From Candidatus Hadarchaeota archaeon (GTDB lineage: Archaea > Hadarchaeota > Hadarchaeia > Hadarchaeales > JAGGTB01): a DNA stretch of 64,000 bases. Every line of letters begins with the position of its first letter. Within the stretch, counting starts at the first letter, position 1. Made by a program: the position numbers and the translations under genes. A model generated the notes under the pieces. That model saw only the letters and a program-made list of their open reading frames with translations, ran no database searches and was not told the DNA's origin. Shown one piece after another: positions 19,703-29,572 of the stretch. The stretch covers positions 96,001 to 160,000 of the forward strand of contig CAYLJV010000002.1 of assembly GCA_964384105.1 (NCBI GenBank), written 5' to 3'.

Positions 19703-20191
19703 CTATATTCTCAATATTTCTACGTCTAATTTTTTGGTATCAAGTAAACCTACCGTTCTTTCTTCGGCTAAATATCCCGATACGGCTCCGGGATTTATCA
19801 CTAGCGGATTTTCTTTAATTCCAGACTTGTGGGTGTGGCCCCTGACTACAACATCGTACTTTCCACTCGCAGCTAGCGATTCAACAATCTCCTCATTCTC
19901 GCCATGGAACAAAGCGATATTATGATCATCTATCTCAATAGATTCAAAACTTCCGGCCGGTTCTATACCAATTTCCTCGAACTTTTTAAGAATATGCAGC
20001 CTGTCTCCCTCATTATTTCCCCAAACGTAATGAAGCTTAGCATCCAGATCAGAAAGCTTCGAAATCACGAAAGGTGATACCAAATCACCAGCATGTAGAA
20101 CGCGATCGACACTTACGTCATTGAATATCTTGACCGCTTTTTCAGTAGCATCAAGGTTATCGTGAGTATCCGACATCAAACCAACTTTCAA
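19703..20191 (-). CDS. YfcE/MJ0936-family metallophosphoesterase
   Basis: SDTHDN, HAGD, GNNE, HG, GHTH, NPG motifs. Confidence 0.9.
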   Translation of the reverse strand: MKVGLMSDTHDNLDATEKAVKIFNDVSVDRVLHAGDLVSPFVISKLSDLDAKLHYVWGNNEGDRLHILKKFEEIGIEPAGSFESIEIDDHNIALFHGENEEIVESLAASGKYDVVVRGHTHKSGIKENPLVINPGAVSGYLAEERTVGLLDTKKLDVEILRI

Positions 20192-20214
20192 GTAATCACC
20201 CCCATAACACTCAA

Positions 20215-21381
20215 TCAGTGGGAATTAACAGATTCATTCATTTCAATACCAATCAATTCTAAAATTAATCTCCCTGTCCTCTCAATATTTTCAACTTTGA
20301 TATTGTCCGGAACATCCTCCCTGGTATGGATATTGGAATTTAATCTCAAACAAACATTTGAAAGATTGAAAACTCTTTCAAGAAACTCGTGGAATTTCTC
20401 TTTTTCCTCCGGATCAAGGGAAGTCAAGGTTGTTGCCTTTATGCCTTTTTCAACGAAAGGAATATGATCATGGTAAGAAATAGGAGCCCAGAAACTTTCC
20501 GTGCTTATTTTATCCTCAATTTCTTTATTTAACTGAGTAGCTGTAAACTTCTTCATGAGAGTTCCGTTTCCGCGCACTAACGCCAGTTTTTCTCCACTTC
20601 CCAAAGAATCTAGATTCAAGAAGAAATCCGCACTGTCAACTTCTTTGGAAAACTCCTTGGAACCGGCCAAATTCTGCTCTTCACCTCCAAAAGCAACAAA
20701 AACTAGCTCTGTATCCCCAGGCTTCACCTCTGAAGCGACCCTAGCTACTTCAAGCATTACAGAAACTCCTGAAGCATTATCATTAGCACCAGGAGAAACC
20801 AAGCTCTCGTAGGCCCAAAAGAGGAATCCAGAAAGAAAAATATAGGGGATTAAAATTCCAATCCAGCCCACAAGCCAAGCTGTATATCCTATGGAAAAAC
20901 GGAAAATTGAAAGTGCCAAGAAAGCAGCGAGAAGTATGGGGAACCCAATTTTAAAAAAATAAATCCATTTTAAGCTCTTTACGCAGCGAGCCGAATCGTA
21001 ATGGGCCCCAACTATTATTTTTCTATTAACTTTATCTTCAGGAACTAATCTCGAAATTACGTTTCTATCTCTTTTCTTCGGGATAATCCAAGACAGAGAA
21101 TAGACGGAAACATAACCGGCTATGAGAATAAAAAATGAATAAAGTGAACTAAGAAACGGAGCGACTACGAATATTCCGGCTAATATCAAGACCATAAGAC
21201 GATTCTTCAAAACTTCATCAACAAAACGGAAATCCTGAAATCTCGTCTTCAAATCAAAACTTTCAAATTGTTCCCCTATGTATTCGGCTGCCTTTTTCGA
21301 CCTTTTCCCACCAGCCAATCTTGGGCCTATCTCATATGTTAGATTATCGATATGCTCAAAAACCTTTTTAGACTCGATCAA
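20215..21381 (-). CDS. M28-family metallopeptidase with inserted transmembrane helices
   Basis: GAHYDS, GANDNASG, GEEQ, NLDS, DH, HT..D motifs; two hydrophobic insertions. Confidence 0.82.
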   Translation of the reverse strand: MIESKKVFEHIDNLTYEIGPRLAGGKRSKKAAEYIGEQFESFDLKTRFQDFRFVDEVLKNRLMVLILAGIFVVAPFLSSLYSFFILIAGYVSVYSLSWIIPKKRDRNVISRLVPEDKVNRKIIVGAHYDSARCVKSLKWIYFFKIGFPILLAAFLALSIFRFSIGYTAWLVGWIGILIPYIFLSGFLFWAYESLVSPGANDNASGVSVMLEVARVASEVKPGDTELVFVAFGGEEQNLAGSKEFSKEVDSADFFLNLDSLGSGEKLALVRGNGTLMKKFTATQLNKEIEDKISTESFWAPISYHDHIPFVEKGIKATTLTSLDPEEKEKFHEFLERVFNLSNVCLRLNSNIHTREDVPDNIKVENIERTGRLILELIGIEMNESVNSH

Positions 21382-21513
21382 ACTCTCACCAAAATTTTAC
21401 TAACGATTATACTTTTACACAAATTCTCTATGGCTCAAACAAAGGTATAAAAAGTTGGTAAGTGTCACCTTCAAATATTATTTATCAGTAATTAATCCAA
21501 TGATTAGATGCCT

Positions 21514-21601
21514 GCGGGGGTTGCCGAGCCAGGTCAAAGGCGAGGGACTCAAGATCCCTTCTCGTAGGAGTTCGAGGGTTCGAAGCCCTCCCCCCGCACC
21601 A
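21514..21601 (+). tRNA. tRNA-Leu(CAA), CCA encoded
   Basis: GCGGGGG/CCCCCGC acceptor stem, anticodon arm AGGGA-CTCAAGA-TCCCT, long variable arm, GGTTCGAA T-loop. Confidence 0.95.
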
Positions 21602-21827
21602 CTCTTTGCCTGACTCAAAAAGGCCTAAAAGTTCCCTAATTCCATTTTCAAGGAATTTAATAATTTTAATCCCCCCACTCTAGCTTTCTACTGATCGAGT
21701 AACAACTCAAGGGTCAGGGCACTCGGATCTATAACCAGTAGAAACATCAGACTTTCTAAATAATCTACATAATTTTCATAAAAGGAGATACGGGTTTCAT
21801 AAGGAGACTTTGAAAACCAGAAAAAAA

Positions 21828-22136
21828 TCATAAATTAGAACTGTCAATACTTTCCTTCAATTTCATTATTTTACTGTCAATCCGTTGTACTCTCCGTATA
21901 GACCTGACTATTAGATAAGCTCCCAATAATATCAGTCCAATACAGATAATCAAGAGAAATATGAAAAGATATAGAACTTCGCTTATATTATAGTACTGAG
22001 AAGCTGCAGTCAAAATAGTAAAAACTGATATCGGTATAGTAAATAGAGCTAGACCAGTTCTCAAAACTGACAGAGAAGTTCTTTTTTCTGAAAGCAAAAC
22101 CCTAATTTCATTAAAAAGAGTAGATTTATCATCCAT
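21828..22136 (-). CDS. Small two-TM membrane protein, DUF202/YidH-like
   Basis: LSEKRTSLSVLRTGLAL followed by two hydrophobic helices. Confidence 0.65.
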   Translation of the reverse strand: MDDKSTLFNEIRVLLSEKRTSLSVLRTGLALFTIPISVFTILTAASQYYNISEVLYLFIFLLIICIGLILLGAYLIVRSIRRVQRIDSKIMKLKESIDSSNL

Positions 22137-22627
22137 TTTTGGTCCTACCACATAATGTCCCCCATCAGGCCGAAGATACACATCACATTTGTTGATTATA
22201 AATTTTCACTTTAGGTTAAAACATAATCATCAGAAACCAAAGAAAAATCAACTAACAGAGATATTCACGCTCTGAAAATCAAAAAGGGGAGGAGACACTG
22301 TACTTCCCCCTTGGAGGTGAGAATACCAGTCAACTGAAATTGTTGAAAGTAACAAGAACACTTTCAAGAATTCACATTCTCCTCCCTTTCATTGATTGTG
22401 TTACCCATCAATCATAAAATTTTCTAAATCTAGAAGATGAAGAAACGAAATTTCGGCCAATATTTTTTGAAAAGTCTCAAAGTGAATATTTCTAGTTTTA
22501 GTTAAAAACAATATTTCAAAAGGAATTTAGAATGAATTAACCGTTCATCCCTAAATATCCCCCAAGAATAGTTGAAGATTTACAAAACATTTTTTTATCT
22601 CTCAGAAAAAGAATTAGTGGTGGAAAT

Positions 22628-23065
22628 ATGCCTACGAAACAGGAATTATTGGAAGAAAAGACCGTAAAAGAATTGACTCAAATGGCTAGAGACAAGGATC
22701 TATCGGGCTATTCCCAGATGAACAAGCCCGGACTAGTAGACTTAATCAAATCAAATTACACAAAAGCGGAAATACAGGATTGGCCTAAGAAAAAAGAAAA
22801 AACCAAAAAAGAAACTAAAAAAGAAAAGAAGACCAAAGAACCAGAAGCCCCGAAAGAAACTGAAGAAACAGAGACAACCGAAATTAGCAAAGAAGAACTT
22901 AAAAAACCGAAAAGCGTTGAAACCGTGGAAGTCGAAGGAGATTTCGAAAGAGTACCTCGACCCCAGCCTAAAAAAACAACGACAAAAAACCGATGGCCGA
23001 TTATCGCCGTAATAATTGTATTGGTAATAATAGCTATTGCCCTAATCGCTTGGGCAGTCGTATAA
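22628..23065 (+). CDS. Rho_N-like helix-extension-helix protein with charged linker and C-terminal TM anchor
   Basis: LEEKTVKELTQMARDKDLSGYSQMNKPGLVDLI fits the Rho_N pattern; K/E/T-rich middle; ends WPIIAVIIVLVIIAIALIAWAVV. Confidence 0.75.
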   Translation: MPTKQELLEEKTVKELTQMARDKDLSGYSQMNKPGLVDLIKSNYTKAEIQDWPKKKEKTKKETKKEKKTKEPEAPKETEETETTEISKEELKKPKSVETVEVEGDFERVPRPQPKKTTTKNRWPIIAVIIVLVIIAIALIAWAVV

Positions 23066-23132
23066 AACGATTTCAGAGTTATCAGAGCAGAACAAAGCCA
23101 TGAAAGTCTAGCTGTAGCTTTCGAGAATTTGG

Positions 23133-23792
23133 CTAAGATACCTTCAACTTTAATAAATCTAAAAATATCCTTAATCCACTAGCTATAGTAGTACCCGACG
23201 CCTTAGAATATTCAGTAAAAATACCTTTTATGGGAATCGCTTGGAAACGTAAATTCTCCATCCCGACCTGTATTACTATCTCAGAAGACACAGCATAACG
23301 ATCACTCCTGATTTCGATTTTTTCCAAAGCCCGAGGACCAAAAGCCCTGAACCCTGATTGAGAATCAGTCAAAACTCCTCCTAACATATACGTAATAACA
23401 TCTAATCCATAATTTCCAATTCTCTTATTCAAAGGCATCTGATCCCGATCCCGCTCTCCCACAGCGAAATCTGCACCATCTAATGCATCCACCAACCGGT
23501 CAATGTCTGTAGGATCATGCTGACCATCAGCGTCAAAAGTAACTACTACCTCAGCGCCTTTATCCCGCGCCTTGTTTAAACCAGTTCTAATCGCAGCCCC
23601 CAGACCACGATTTTCTTCGTGAATAACGACCTCTGCTCCGAAATCACGAGAAATATCGGCCGTCCTATCCTGAGAACCATCGTCAACCACTATTATTTTC
23701 TCGTATTCCTCTTTCCTCAATCCCTCTAAAACAGAGCCTATACTCTTTTCCTCTTCATATGCAGGTATAACGATCCAAATATCCTTCGACAT
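23133..23792 (-). CDS. GT2 glycosyltransferase, dolichol-phosphate mannose synthase-like
   Basis: VIPAYEE, VVDDGSQD, DADGQH, DSQSGFRA motifs. Confidence 0.9.
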   Translation of the reverse strand: MSKDIWIVIPAYEEEKSIGSVLEGLRKEEYEKIIVVDDGSQDRTADISRDFGAEVVIHEENRGLGAAIRTGLNKARDKGAEVVVTFDADGQHDPTDIDRLVDALDGADFAVGERDRDQMPLNKRIGNYGLDVITYMLGGVLTDSQSGFRAFGPRALEKIEIRSDRYAVSSEIVIQVGMENLRFQAIPIKGIFTEYSKASGTTIASGLRIFLDLLKLKVS

Positions 23793-23899
23793 CGAAATTA
23801 TAATTGATTAGTTATAAATAAAGTCTATTCCCAAATATCCGAATCTAAAGCCCAAACAAAAGCTTAAGATAAAGCAACGGTTTTAAGCATGAACAATCA

Positions 23900-24817
23900 A
23901 TGAGAACTGAAACCATGCAAGACATATTAGTAACTGGTGGAGCAGGATTTATCGGTTCCAACCTGGTCAGGAAGCTTTTAGAAAATGGAAAAAATGTCAC
24001 CGTAATTGACAATCTATCCACAGGAGCTCCAGAAAATCTTGGTGATTTAATAGACAAAATAGAACTGATAAAAAAGCCTTGTTCTGAAATTCCAACTCTG
24101 GATTTAGAGAACATCGATTCAATCTTCCATATTGGAATACCCTCAAGCTCACCTATGTATAGAGACAATCCTTTACTAGTAGGAAGCGCCATCAATGAAT
24201 TTATAAAAATTATGGAACTTGCTAAAAAGACCGATTCTAAAGTGGTCTATGCCTCTAGCTCAAGCTTATACGGGAGATGCGAACCCCCTCACCAGGAAAA
24301 CATGGAAATAGAAGCCTTCGACTACTACACAGAAGCTAGACTAGCTATGGAAAGACTCGCTAAAGTATACCATGAACTCCATGAAGTAAATTCTGTAGGA
24401 ACACGATTTTTTTCCGTCTATGGTCCTCATGAAAAGAATAAAGGAAAATACGCAAACATTGTATCACAGTTTTATTGGAAGCTAAAAGAAGGGGAAAAGC
24501 CGAAGATTTACGGGGACGGGGAGCAGACCAGAGACTTTACTCACGTCAGCGATATTGTAAATATCTGCCTAAAAGCTATGGAAAAGAATCTTGGATACGA
24601 AATATTAAACGCAGGAACTGGAAAAGAAACGAGTTTCAATCAAGTGGTGGCTATTCTAAACGAAAAACTCGGAAAATCTATAGAACCAATCCACGTAGAA
24701 AATCCAATAGAAAACTACGTACCTAGAACTTGTGCAGACTTAACTAAAATGAAAAAACTATTGGAATACGAACCTCAGGTAGAATTAAGAAAAGGGATAG
24801 AAAGTATAATGAATTAA
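23900..24817 (+). CDS. NAD-dependent nucleotide-sugar epimerase/dehydratase
   Basis: TGGAGFIGS, ASSSSLYG, VYGP, GDGEQTRDF motifs. Confidence 0.9.
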   Translation: MRTETMQDILVTGGAGFIGSNLVRKLLENGKNVTVIDNLSTGAPENLGDLIDKIELIKKPCSEIPTLDLENIDSIFHIGIPSSSPMYRDNPLLVGSAINEFIKIMELAKKTDSKVVYASSSSLYGRCEPPHQENMEIEAFDYYTEARLAMERLAKVYHELHEVNSVGTRFFSVYGPHEKNKGKYANIVSQFYWKLKEGEKPKIYGDGEQTRDFTHVSDIVNICLKAMEKNLGYEILNAGTGKETSFNQVVAILNEKLGKSIEPIHVENPIENYVPRTCADLTKMKKLLEYEPQVELRKGIESIMN

Positions 24818-24877
24818 TTTCTTCCCAAAAACAACTAATATTCAAAATTAAAGAACATCAAGAGGTGATGGTGAAAT

Positions 24878-25291
24878 ATGAAAATACATTCTAAGGAAAT
24901 AACTTTCTCTACAAATAGTCATAGAGAAGTCATCGATATGACTGACAAAGTAATGAACATCGCTAGAGAATCTGAAATAGAAAATGGAATACTAGTAGCC
25001 CAACTTCCCCATGCTACAGCCATGCTCGTACTGAATGAAAACGAGAGCGGGGTTAAAAAAGACCTCTTAAATAAATTAGATGAGTTTGCACCGCCACAAG
25101 CGGGATACAAACACGATAGAATTGACAGCAACGCTCATGCACATTTAAAAGCCGCACTTGTCGGATCCTCAAGAGTACTTCCTATAGTAGATGGGAAAGT
25201 CATAAAAGGCACCTGGCAGAGCTTCCTAGTAATAGAACAAGATGGCCCTCGTTCAAGACGAACTCTGTCAGTTCTAGTGATGGGAGAATAG
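24878..25291 (+). CDS. YjbQ/UPF0047 family protein
   Basis: PHATA...NENE, HDRIDSNAHAHLKA, GTWQ, DGPR motifs. Confidence 0.9.
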   Translation: MKIHSKEITFSTNSHREVIDMTDKVMNIARESEIENGILVAQLPHATAMLVLNENESGVKKDLLNKLDEFAPPQAGYKHDRIDSNAHAHLKAALVGSSRVLPIVDGKVIKGTWQSFLVIEQDGPRSRRTLSVLVMGE

Positions 25292-25315
25292 GGAAATCGG
25301 TTTCAGTTGGTTTTG

Positions 25316-25912
25316 ATGGAGAGTTTAGAGAAACTTAATGAAAAGATTGTAAACTGCACAATGTGCGACCTGCACAAAAACCGCACTAATGCAGTTCCTG
25401 GAGAAGGTCCAGAAGACGCTGATATAATGCTTATAGGGGAAGGACCTGGTTATCATGAGGATCAAAAAGGAAGACCGTTCGTGGGGAAAGCCGGCGAAGT
25501 TCTCACCGATCTGTTGGAAAAATCAAATCTAGAAAGAGAGGACGTTTTTATCGGGAATGTAATAAAATGCAGACCACCCGACAACAGAGACCCAACTAAA
25601 GAAGAAATTAAAAAATGCTCTCCATACTTAAAAAAGCAAATCCAACACATTAAGCCAAAACTCATAATTACACTAGGGCGGTTCGCATCTAAATTACTGT
25701 TAGGCCGTTCGGTAAAGGTAAGCAAGGAACATGGAAAACTGTTAGACTGTGATTACGCTGGACTAAAATGTAAACTCTTTATTTCTTACCACCCAGCTGC
25801 GGCTCTTTATGGACCCGGTGCGGGAGAGAAGCTAGAAAAAGATTTCGGAAAACTAAAAGATATCCTAGAGGAACTAAAAGACTTCAAACCAACCCAACAG
25901 ATGACTTTCTAG
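25316..25912 (+). CDS. Family 4 uracil-DNA glycosylase (Fe-S)
   Basis: CTMC, GEGPG, PFVGKAG, KCRPPDNRDP, HPAAAL motifs. Confidence 0.93.
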   Translation: MESLEKLNEKIVNCTMCDLHKNRTNAVPGEGPEDADIMLIGEGPGYHEDQKGRPFVGKAGEVLTDLLEKSNLEREDVFIGNVIKCRPPDNRDPTKEEIKKCSPYLKKQIQHIKPKLIITLGRFASKLLLGRSVKVSKEHGKLLDCDYAGLKCKLFISYHPAAALYGPGAGEKLEKDFGKLKDILEELKDFKPTQQMTF

Positions 25913-26002
25913 ATTAGATTTTTTGAACCCTGTTGAGATCTTTAATTAGAACTCTCATTCCAAAGAAAAAAACGTCTGGCTGAATCAATAGAAAATCTGA
26001 AA

Positions 26003-26665
26003 TTATATATTAGTTAAATCCAAAAGATTTGCCTCTGTTTTTCTCACGATCTCCGAAGGAATGTCCAAAACCCTATCTGAACGCTCTATTATAATCCGAT
26101 CACTTGAAGCAGAAACATCGACACCCCAGACTTCCGCATCCGTTCCTTTAGTAGTTCTCGCGCCACCTCCAAGACCTCTGTTCTCTAACTCTCTTCTTAT
26201 TAAACCGGCCAACTCTCCACTTTTGCTAACCTGTTTATCGAAAAAGAAAAACACCTTTGCAGGTTTTAAATCCTCAAGAATATCAAGAATTTTAAAAACT
26301 GCGGGTTCAGTTGAATCAGATATTTTATATTTACCAAAGATAGCCTGTAAATCTCTTATAAATCCATCATCGCATTTTACTACCCTCTCCCCACTCATGA
26401 CGCTTTCAACAGTAATTAGAACATTATAACCGTCGATACCTACATTGCGACCTTCCATCTCTCCAGGCTTAACCAGCCTTTTTCTATGGTCGTTAATCTC
26501 ATCTTCAGAAAACACACATCTAGTTAACAAGTGTCTATCATCCAAAACCAATTGATAATGGTCTGCTACGAACTTCACTGCCGAGCTCCGAGGATAACCC
26601 CTATTAAGTAAACATCTGAGATCCCGAATTGCTCTTTTTAGCTCATCTGAAAGCATCATTTTCAT
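26003..26665 (-). CDS. DUF434-family protein
   Basis: LLNRGYP, IDGYNVLIT, DDGFIRD, SKSGELA pattern. Confidence 0.8.
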   Translation of the reverse strand: MKMMLSDELKRAIRDLRCLLNRGYPRSSAVKFVADHYQLVLDDRHLLTRCVFSEDEINDHRKRLVKPGEMEGRNVGIDGYNVLITVESVMSGERVVKCDDGFIRDLQAIFGKYKISDSTEPAVFKILDILEDLKPAKVFFFFDKQVSKSGELAGLIRRELENRGLGGGARTTKGTDAEVWGVDVSASSDRIIIERSDRVLDIPSEIVRKTEANLLDLTNI

Positions 26666-26674
26666 TTAAAGAGG

Positions 26675-29572
26675 CTATTCAACATAAATAGCCGGCTTAT
26701 AGGGGAGAGACTTCCTCGCTTTGTTTTGAGGATCGTAACAGTTTGGATCATCTGCTTTGAAAACTTCAACTTTTTTAGCTCCGAATTTTCCTCTTATGAA
26801 ATCTGTCGCATCAGAAATAATCTCAAACTCATCTATGTCCTTTTCAGATATGATAGAGAGCTTATCTCTCGGCACCTGTCTGACCTCTTTAACAGCATCT
26901 TTGAAGAAATCAACCAAATCCTTAGGTGGAACATCCGAGAATTTCTCTCTTCCTACCTCCATCAATTCTCCTATGTTCACCTTACCTTCTCGAACCTGAT
27001 CCATCACTACCTCATAAGCTTCTCGTTTCCATTCCTCGGAAATGTAAATGTAAATCCCATCGGGATCTTCAATTCTCGTAACTTCCAAAATCTTTCCAAT
27101 ATCCTTGCTTATATTATCCAGATAATCCTCACTGAACTCAGCAACTTTGTCAACGAACTCTTCTTCGACATCGGGCCACTTAGCTTTGGAAACAAAACCT
27201 TCTTTTCCCATTTGACTCCAGATTTCCTCGCATATATGAGGTACAAATGGAGCAAGTAATCTAACCCAAGAGTCAAATATTTTATTCAAAACCCAGTCTC
27301 GGGATTCTCCCTCATCTATTCTATTCAAATACCATCTAAGATCCTGCATCATTAAGAAAAAAGCATGTTGGGATGCCTTCCGAGTTTCAAAGTTCTCTAA
27401 TCCATCCGTGGCCTTCCGAATATGAGTCTGCAACCGGCTTAAGATCCAGAGATCAGGAAGTTCAAGGTCCGGTTTTTCATCAAAATTCGATTTCATCACC
27501 ATTCGAGAATAATTGTAAAATCTGTCGAGGTGCTTTACCATCGCTTTCGCTTCTTGGACCTGCCAGTCAAAATCCTGCCAAGGTTCTACTCCAGAAGCAA
27601 GGTACAACCTCACCGCATCCGCCCCATATTGACTAGTTGCTTCATTTATGGGAATTATATTACCCTTTGAAGAAGACATTTTTTTGCCTTCAAGCAAAGC
27701 CATCCCGAAAGAAACTATACCTCTCGGCCACTTATCGGGATTGAAAAGAGCGACGTGATGGAATATATGGAAAGTTAGATGGTTGGATATAAGTTCGTAA
27801 GCTGAAAGACGATAATCCAATGGGTACCAATATTCAACCTGTTCCCTCATTTTTCCCAGCTTTTCCTTTTCTATTCCCAAATTCTCCGATATTTCCTCTG
27901 GATAACCGATTCCCAAAAAGGTATAATCAAAAAATTCATCAGTTAACTTCTCCGGTTCAATGTCTTCCAGAATATGGGAAATAGTATAGAATATCATATA
28001 GATAGTAGAATCACTTAATGATTCGATTATCCAGCTCTGGTCCCAAGGAGCGGGGGTTCCCATTCCAACTCTTCGGGTGCAAGGCCACTCTTCGAGCCAA
28101 TCGATTGTATACTCAAACTGAGCCCTGGTTTTCGAAGGCACCAGATCCATTTCAGACAGACAATCCTTCGCTTTCATTTTCCAGCCTTCGTTCGAATAAT
28201 TCAAAAACCACTGATCCTCGACCACTTTAACTAGACACTTTGTTCCACAACGACAGATAACAGGTTTTTTGGAAAACTCATACATCGACGAACCTTCACC
28301 AGAAATAGAGAGTTCACTATGAACCTCATCCTTAGCTTCGGATACACTCATACCGGAATAATCCGGCACCCAACCTCTAAGTACACCTTCGGAAAATTCC
28401 TTTTGGTAAACTTCCTCAGTAGCCTCTTTTAGGCGAGGGTCATCCTGGCTTTCTATCCCCTCTCTTTTAACAACATCAACCGCTGGAGATTCCCCATAAT
28501 CTGGGTGTTCTATTAAAGAAATTGGCTCAATATTCCCAATATCTTCCGGACTTAACTCAAATTTCTCCAAAAAATCAGGATCCTTCTGAAGTTCAACCAA
28601 AGCGATATAATCATAGGGTGCATGAGCTGGAACCGAATAAACGATTCCGGTCGCATTGCCCGGATCAACGAATCTAGCCGGCAATATTGGTATCTTCCTA
28701 TCTATTAAAGGGGCCTCAGCTTCTTTTCCAATTAACTGGTCTTGAAGCTTTTCGACATTTCCTATATCAAAACCCTGATTTTCCAACTTCGTTAAGCCTT
28801 CTTCACTCACTACCCACTTCTCAGAATTAACCTCAGCAACCACATAATCTACTTCCGGGTTCATCCAAAGATTAGTGACCCCAAAAATAGTTTCGGGACG
28901 AAGGGTAGCTGCGGGAAGTATATATTCATCGACCTTGTATTTGAGCAAAGAATACTCAACTATGTCCACCCCCTCACCTTCTAATAAATCGTGATCGGTA
29001 ACAGGATTCTCATCACTAGGACACCACTTGACGGGGTGAGCCCCCTTACTGACTAAATCCATATCCATCAACTTATGATATTGCCACGTGATGAACTTCT
29101 TGTAATGTTCATCGATCGTTCTGAATTCTCGACGCCAGTCTATAGAATAACCAAGCATCTTCATGCCACTTTTATAACTCAAGGTGCTTTTCTCTGCGAA
29201 GTAGTCCCCAAAATATTCGGGATCCTCGAACTTTGGAATCTCTTCTTCATTGACCCCGTAGAGTCCAGTAAGAGTATCCAAGAGATCTTTGTCTCTGTTC
29301 TCAACTCTTTTAGAAGCCCCAACTAAAGGAGTCCCAGTATAATGAAACGCCATTGGGAAAAGAACATTAAATCCTTGCATTCTCTTGTATCTAGCGATTA
29401 TATCTGGGATAGTATACGTTCTGGCGTGACCAACATGCATAGGACCGGAAACATAAGGATAGGCAACTGTTAGAAAGAACTTAGGTTTATCACTATCTGG
29501 TTCGGCCTCAAAAGCATTCTTCTCTTTCCAGACATTTTGCCATTTTTTATCTACTTCTTTCCAATTAACCAT
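26675..29572 (-). CDS. leuS: Leucine--tRNA ligase (archaeal type)
   Basis: AYPYVSGPMHVGH, ATLRPET, SVPAHAPYD, KMSSSKGN motifs. Confidence 0.96.
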   Translation of the reverse strand: MVNWKEVDKKWQNVWKEKNAFEAEPDSDKPKFFLTVAYPYVSGPMHVGHARTYTIPDIIARYKRMQGFNVLFPMAFHYTGTPLVGASKRVENRDKDLLDTLTGLYGVNEEEIPKFEDPEYFGDYFAEKSTLSYKSGMKMLGYSIDWRREFRTIDEHYKKFITWQYHKLMDMDLVSKGAHPVKWCPSDENPVTDHDLLEGEGVDIVEYSLLKYKVDEYILPAATLRPETIFGVTNLWMNPEVDYVVAEVNSEKWVVSEEGLTKLENQGFDIGNVEKLQDQLIGKEAEAPLIDRKIPILPARFVDPGNATGIVYSVPAHAPYDYIALVELQKDPDFLEKFELSPEDIGNIEPISLIEHPDYGESPAVDVVKREGIESQDDPRLKEATEEVYQKEFSEGVLRGWVPDYSGMSVSEAKDEVHSELSISGEGSSMYEFSKKPVICRCGTKCLVKVVEDQWFLNYSNEGWKMKAKDCLSEMDLVPSKTRAQFEYTIDWLEEWPCTRRVGMGTPAPWDQSWIIESLSDSTIYMIFYTISHILEDIEPEKLTDEFFDYTFLGIGYPEEISENLGIEKEKLGKMREQVEYWYPLDYRLSAYELISNHLTFHIFHHVALFNPDKWPRGIVSFGMALLEGKKMSSSKGNIIPINEATSQYGADAVRLYLASGVEPWQDFDWQVQEAKAMVKHLDRFYNYSRMVMKSNFDEKPDLELPDLWILSRLQTHIRKATDGLENFETRKASQHAFFLMMQDLRWYLNRIDEGESRDWVLNKIFDSWVRLLAPFVPHICEEIWSQMGKEGFVSKAKWPDVEEEFVDKVAEFSEDYLDNISKDIGKILEVTRIEDPDGIYIYISEEWKREAYEVVMDQVREGKVNIGELMEVGREKFSDVPPKDLVDFFKDAVKEVRQVPRDKLSIISEKDIDEFEIISDATDFIRGKFGAKKVEVFKADDPNCYDPQNKARKSLPYKPAIYVE

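Noticed and set aside
21602-22620. Possible island integrated at tRNA-Leu
   Set aside because: No duplicate of the tRNA-Leu 3' end and no integrase was found downstream.
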